A stretch of 63,921 nucleotides of DNA, the filler included, from Rhabdomonas costata (lineage: Eukaryota): NCBI GenBank assembly GCA_019059605.1. It is 58 parts of 58 records of this genome, joined end to end, with 100 filler letters (N's around TTAATTAATTAA, not from the genome) between each part and the next. Parts side by side here need not be neighbours in the genome. Positions count along the whole stretch, not along the records: positions 60,711 to 61,714 come from JAHMHO010034236.1; positions 61,815 to 62,818 come from JAHMHO010034237.1; positions 62,919 to 63,921 come from JAHMHO010034238.1; 55 more parts are not named here. One strand, 5' to 3'. Made by a program: the position numbers and the translations under genes. Under the pieces are notes generated by a model. It saw only the letters and a list, made by a program, of their open reading frames with translations. It had not been told where the DNA came from and searched no databases. Numbering within the stretch: position 1 is the first letter of the stretch; each line of letters opens with the position of its first letter. Positions 61,025 through 63,921 of this stretch are shown in pieces.

Positions 61025-62988
61025 CCTCACCACAAGACAGGTCAAGATGCCCCTGCCAACCCCGTGAGTCTCAAGCTTAAACGAAAACGCGCATACTGCT
61101 TCCTCCCTCCCACACGCCCAGCACTTATTGGAATTACCGCCATGAGGCTCTTCCTCTCTGCTCGCTGGAAAGAAAGCTGGGAAGAAGTTTTAGGTTCCCG
61201 CCCACCACCCAATGTGCGCCAAGGATGACACTGAGCGTCCGGTGGCAGGGCATACCTCTTTCCCCCGCAGTCTCATGCGGGAAGACGCGGGTAAATGCCC
61301 CCGCACCTCACACTCGAAAGAGCAAAGGCAACGAGCTTACCACCACAAAAATGACGCAAACCCCTCCCTCCAACTTACACCTCCCTTTCTTCACGAAAGG
61401 GAAGAGGGGCAAGACTCCACAGAGCAGTGAGGACACATTCCATGGAGATGGAAAAAATAGGGAGATGCTGTTCGGACCTGAGAAATTGTAAGGCCAACCG
61501 GCGGACGACGAGGGAATCTGTGGGTGTTCCTCAGGTTGCTGCATCGAGCGGGCGCGGGGCGGGGGTGGCGCTACCTCAGCTGCGGCTGGAGAAGCACCTC
61601 AGCAGCTGGCCCGCCATCCTGCCGTTTGTGCTGTCGTGGGCCTCGGACAGCGCCTCGCGGGAGACCCTCCACGAGATGCTTGCCGGGGTTTCCCTCATCC
61701 TGCGCCCACCCCCCNNNNNNNNNNNNNNNNNNNNNNNNNNNNNNNNNNNNNNNNNNNNTTAATTAATTAANNNNNNNNNNNNNNNNNNNNNNNNNNNNNN
61801 NNNNNNNNNNNNNNGGTGGGTGGGGGCGGGGGATTTCCTGACATGACTCGTCTCCCCCTCTGATTACCACTTGATGGTACTTAGCTCCCCTCGGTATTGC
61901 GCTGCCTCTGGAAGACATCCACTCGGGGTGGGGGCAATTATGTGCCTCTGTGCTCAGGATTCGCGGTTATGTCGCTTGGGTCTCCTCGCGTCCTCTGCGC
62001 TGCACTTGTGCTGCCAGATCCCGCGGCCTCACTTTTCCTTTCCCCCACCAATCCCCTGTGTGGATTTATCAACCGTAAATCTCTACCCGCACTATGTGGA
62101 TGGATTGCTCGCCTATCTTCTTTTGTTTCCGCGGCCTTCCTCGCTGGGAGTGGGCGGTCTTTTGCGCTATGAACCCCTGCAACCACTTGTAAATGTGGAT
62201 CACCCCTCGCTTTATTTCTCCACGGACTCTGCACCCAATGCTCTGAATTTGGTCCAAGTCAAACTCTGCTAACACGTGCCAACGACGCACGCTGCACTCT
62301 TTAGGTGATACGTGATACTCCAACTCAGAGCTGCGCTCCTCGTGTCGCACAGGGCTTTCTCGACTTATTCCTCTGCTACCAGGTGTAAACTTTGTAGACC
62401 TTTCCTCTCAAGTTGCTCCAAAAGATGGTCGTAAACAATCCTCTGCTACCAAGCGTCACACTCCAACTATGCTGTGGGAACTCTTACGTGGCTCCTACCT
62501 CTTTGGGTGGTCGTGCCTCTGGATCCATTCCAGCTTGACTGTATCCCGACCTTGCTTGCCCAAGGTGGGCGCTGCCTCGAGGCGGAGGTCTCTGCGGGCG
62601 TCGCCTTTATAAACGGGTGTGGTGGTGTCAACCACTTTTCGATTTACCAAGTCGCTTCGGCGTAAATCTGCACTACTCTGCCGACCAGGTGGGTCAACCA
62701 TTCCACTGAAATCTCGTATATCGACCACTCTGTCTACTCCGTCGAAAATGACTCTGAAAATTATAACGACTGCGAACACCAACGTGTTCTTTATCTTTTT
62801 ATCCACTCGAAGACTCTCNNNNNNNNNNNNNNNNNNNNNNNNNNNNNNNNNNNNNNNNNNNNTTAATTAATTAANNNNNNNNNNNNNNNNNNNNNNNNNN
62901 NNNNNNNNNNNNNNNNNNGGGTTGGGGGTTTTTTGCATCCACGGATCATGCGCAAGGGTGGCACAAAGTCTCCCACCATTCGGCACAG

Positions 62989-63921
62989 GTGTACACTCAC
63001 CCCTTCGACCACGTCACGTATTACCCGGGCAGTGCGCGGATGCATCTCAAGCTTCTCTTCTCGCCGGACACGGGCCGCGTGCTTGGCCTGCAGGCCACGG
63101 GCACAGCGGGGGTGGAGAAGCGTGTGGACGTCGCCAGCGCTGTCCTTCAGGTGCCCCACACTTGCCGTCCTGTACCCCTGTTTATTCGACCTGTGGTGTA
63201 ACCAATTTCGTCCCTTCGTCGGGGTTGACGGTTATCATTGTCATTCATTGCTATTTGGGCGGAAGCTTCACTGTGCTTTGTGTTTCTCTTCCGCTTTGGG
63301 GTGTCAAGATTGCTTCTAGCGGCCGCATTCTCAGGGATGGATCCGGAACAAACCCGCCGGGACACTCCTAACGCCCTGGGGTAAGCCACCTCCTTCCTAG
63401 AAGCTTTGTCAGCGCTGTCCCGCGGTCGTAGTTGACCCCATATTTTTCCACTTTCTTCGCCTGCCATACACCAGCCGAGAATGACTTCTCTCTCACCACC
63501 ACAACGCAAAGCGCAAATTGACTGCTGCATTCTACAGCCATCACCATCAGTCTCCTATGAAGTGCCTAGTGGAATGCACCCATGTGTTATTGCAATAGAG
63601 CCATTTGAAGTCATCAGATCAAAGGAAGGGGTGGAGAAACCGCCAAGACAAAAAAAGAAAAGTTGTTCGAACGGCGCACAACAGGGAACAGCACGCAACT
63701 CTGACTACGGTTCCCTCTGAAACTGAGGAACGACTAGGTAGACATCTGGCTGCACATCAGCCGGTGCTCTTCGCACACTCACATGTGCTTATTCCGCCTT
63801 ATTCCTCCAGGCCGGGGGCACGGTATTCGACCTGGAGGAGCTGGAGCTGTGCTACGCCCCGCAGTACGGCGCACCCAAGGACGCGCTGCAGCTCGCGGGA
63901 ATGGTTGCGTCAAACGCCCTG
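62989..63921 (+). CDS. cdr: CoA-disulfide reductase / persulfide reductase-type flavoprotein, dimerisation domain; exons 62989-63150 and 63811->63921
   Basis: VYTHPFDHVTYYPGSARMHLKLLFSPDTGRVLGLQATGTAGVEKRVDVASAVLQ|AGGTVFDLEELELCYAPQYGAPKDALQLAGMVASNAL, with a 660-nt phase-0 GT-AG intron. Confidence 0.9.

Noticed and set aside
58504..63921. Apparent cluster of viral-like ORF, actin-like exon and CoA-disulfide reductase
   Set aside because: These are separate contigs joined artificially, so adjacency carries no information.

Overview
This window is not one locus. It is 58 unrelated contigs of about 1,000-1,005 nt, joined by an artificial 100-nt spacer (44 N + TTAATTAATTAA + 44 N), so neighbourhood across spacers carries no information. 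Most contigs start G/T-rich and end A/C-rich, which suggests whole-genome amplification with K-degenerate primers. The DNA is from an intron-rich eukaryote: short GC-rich exons, GT-AG introns, one GC-AG intron and TTAGGG-type repeats. GTG(T/C)G donors, an LDAADG..DG.FFG motif and AG just upstream of start codons tentatively suggest a euglenozoan (euglenid-like) host; this is inference only. Recognisable gene fragments are U2A', NAA15, V-ATPase c'', a SAM-type mitochondrial carrier, SEC-type O-GlcNAc transferase, ABCD transporter, Ku70-like SAP domain, class III nucleotidyl cyclase, and PDZ, CCCH, ankyrin, EGF, LamG, GNAT, GH16 and actin-fold exons. A Ty3/Gypsy RT and two decayed LINE fragments are also present. 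The most notable items are a bacterial-type CoA-disulfide reductase carrying a spliceosomal intron, an AT-rich intronless virus-like ORF, a strong +4 pyrimidine bias at 5' splice sites, and a GH16 exon apparently lacking its acid/base Glu. All protein identities come from motif recall, not database searches.
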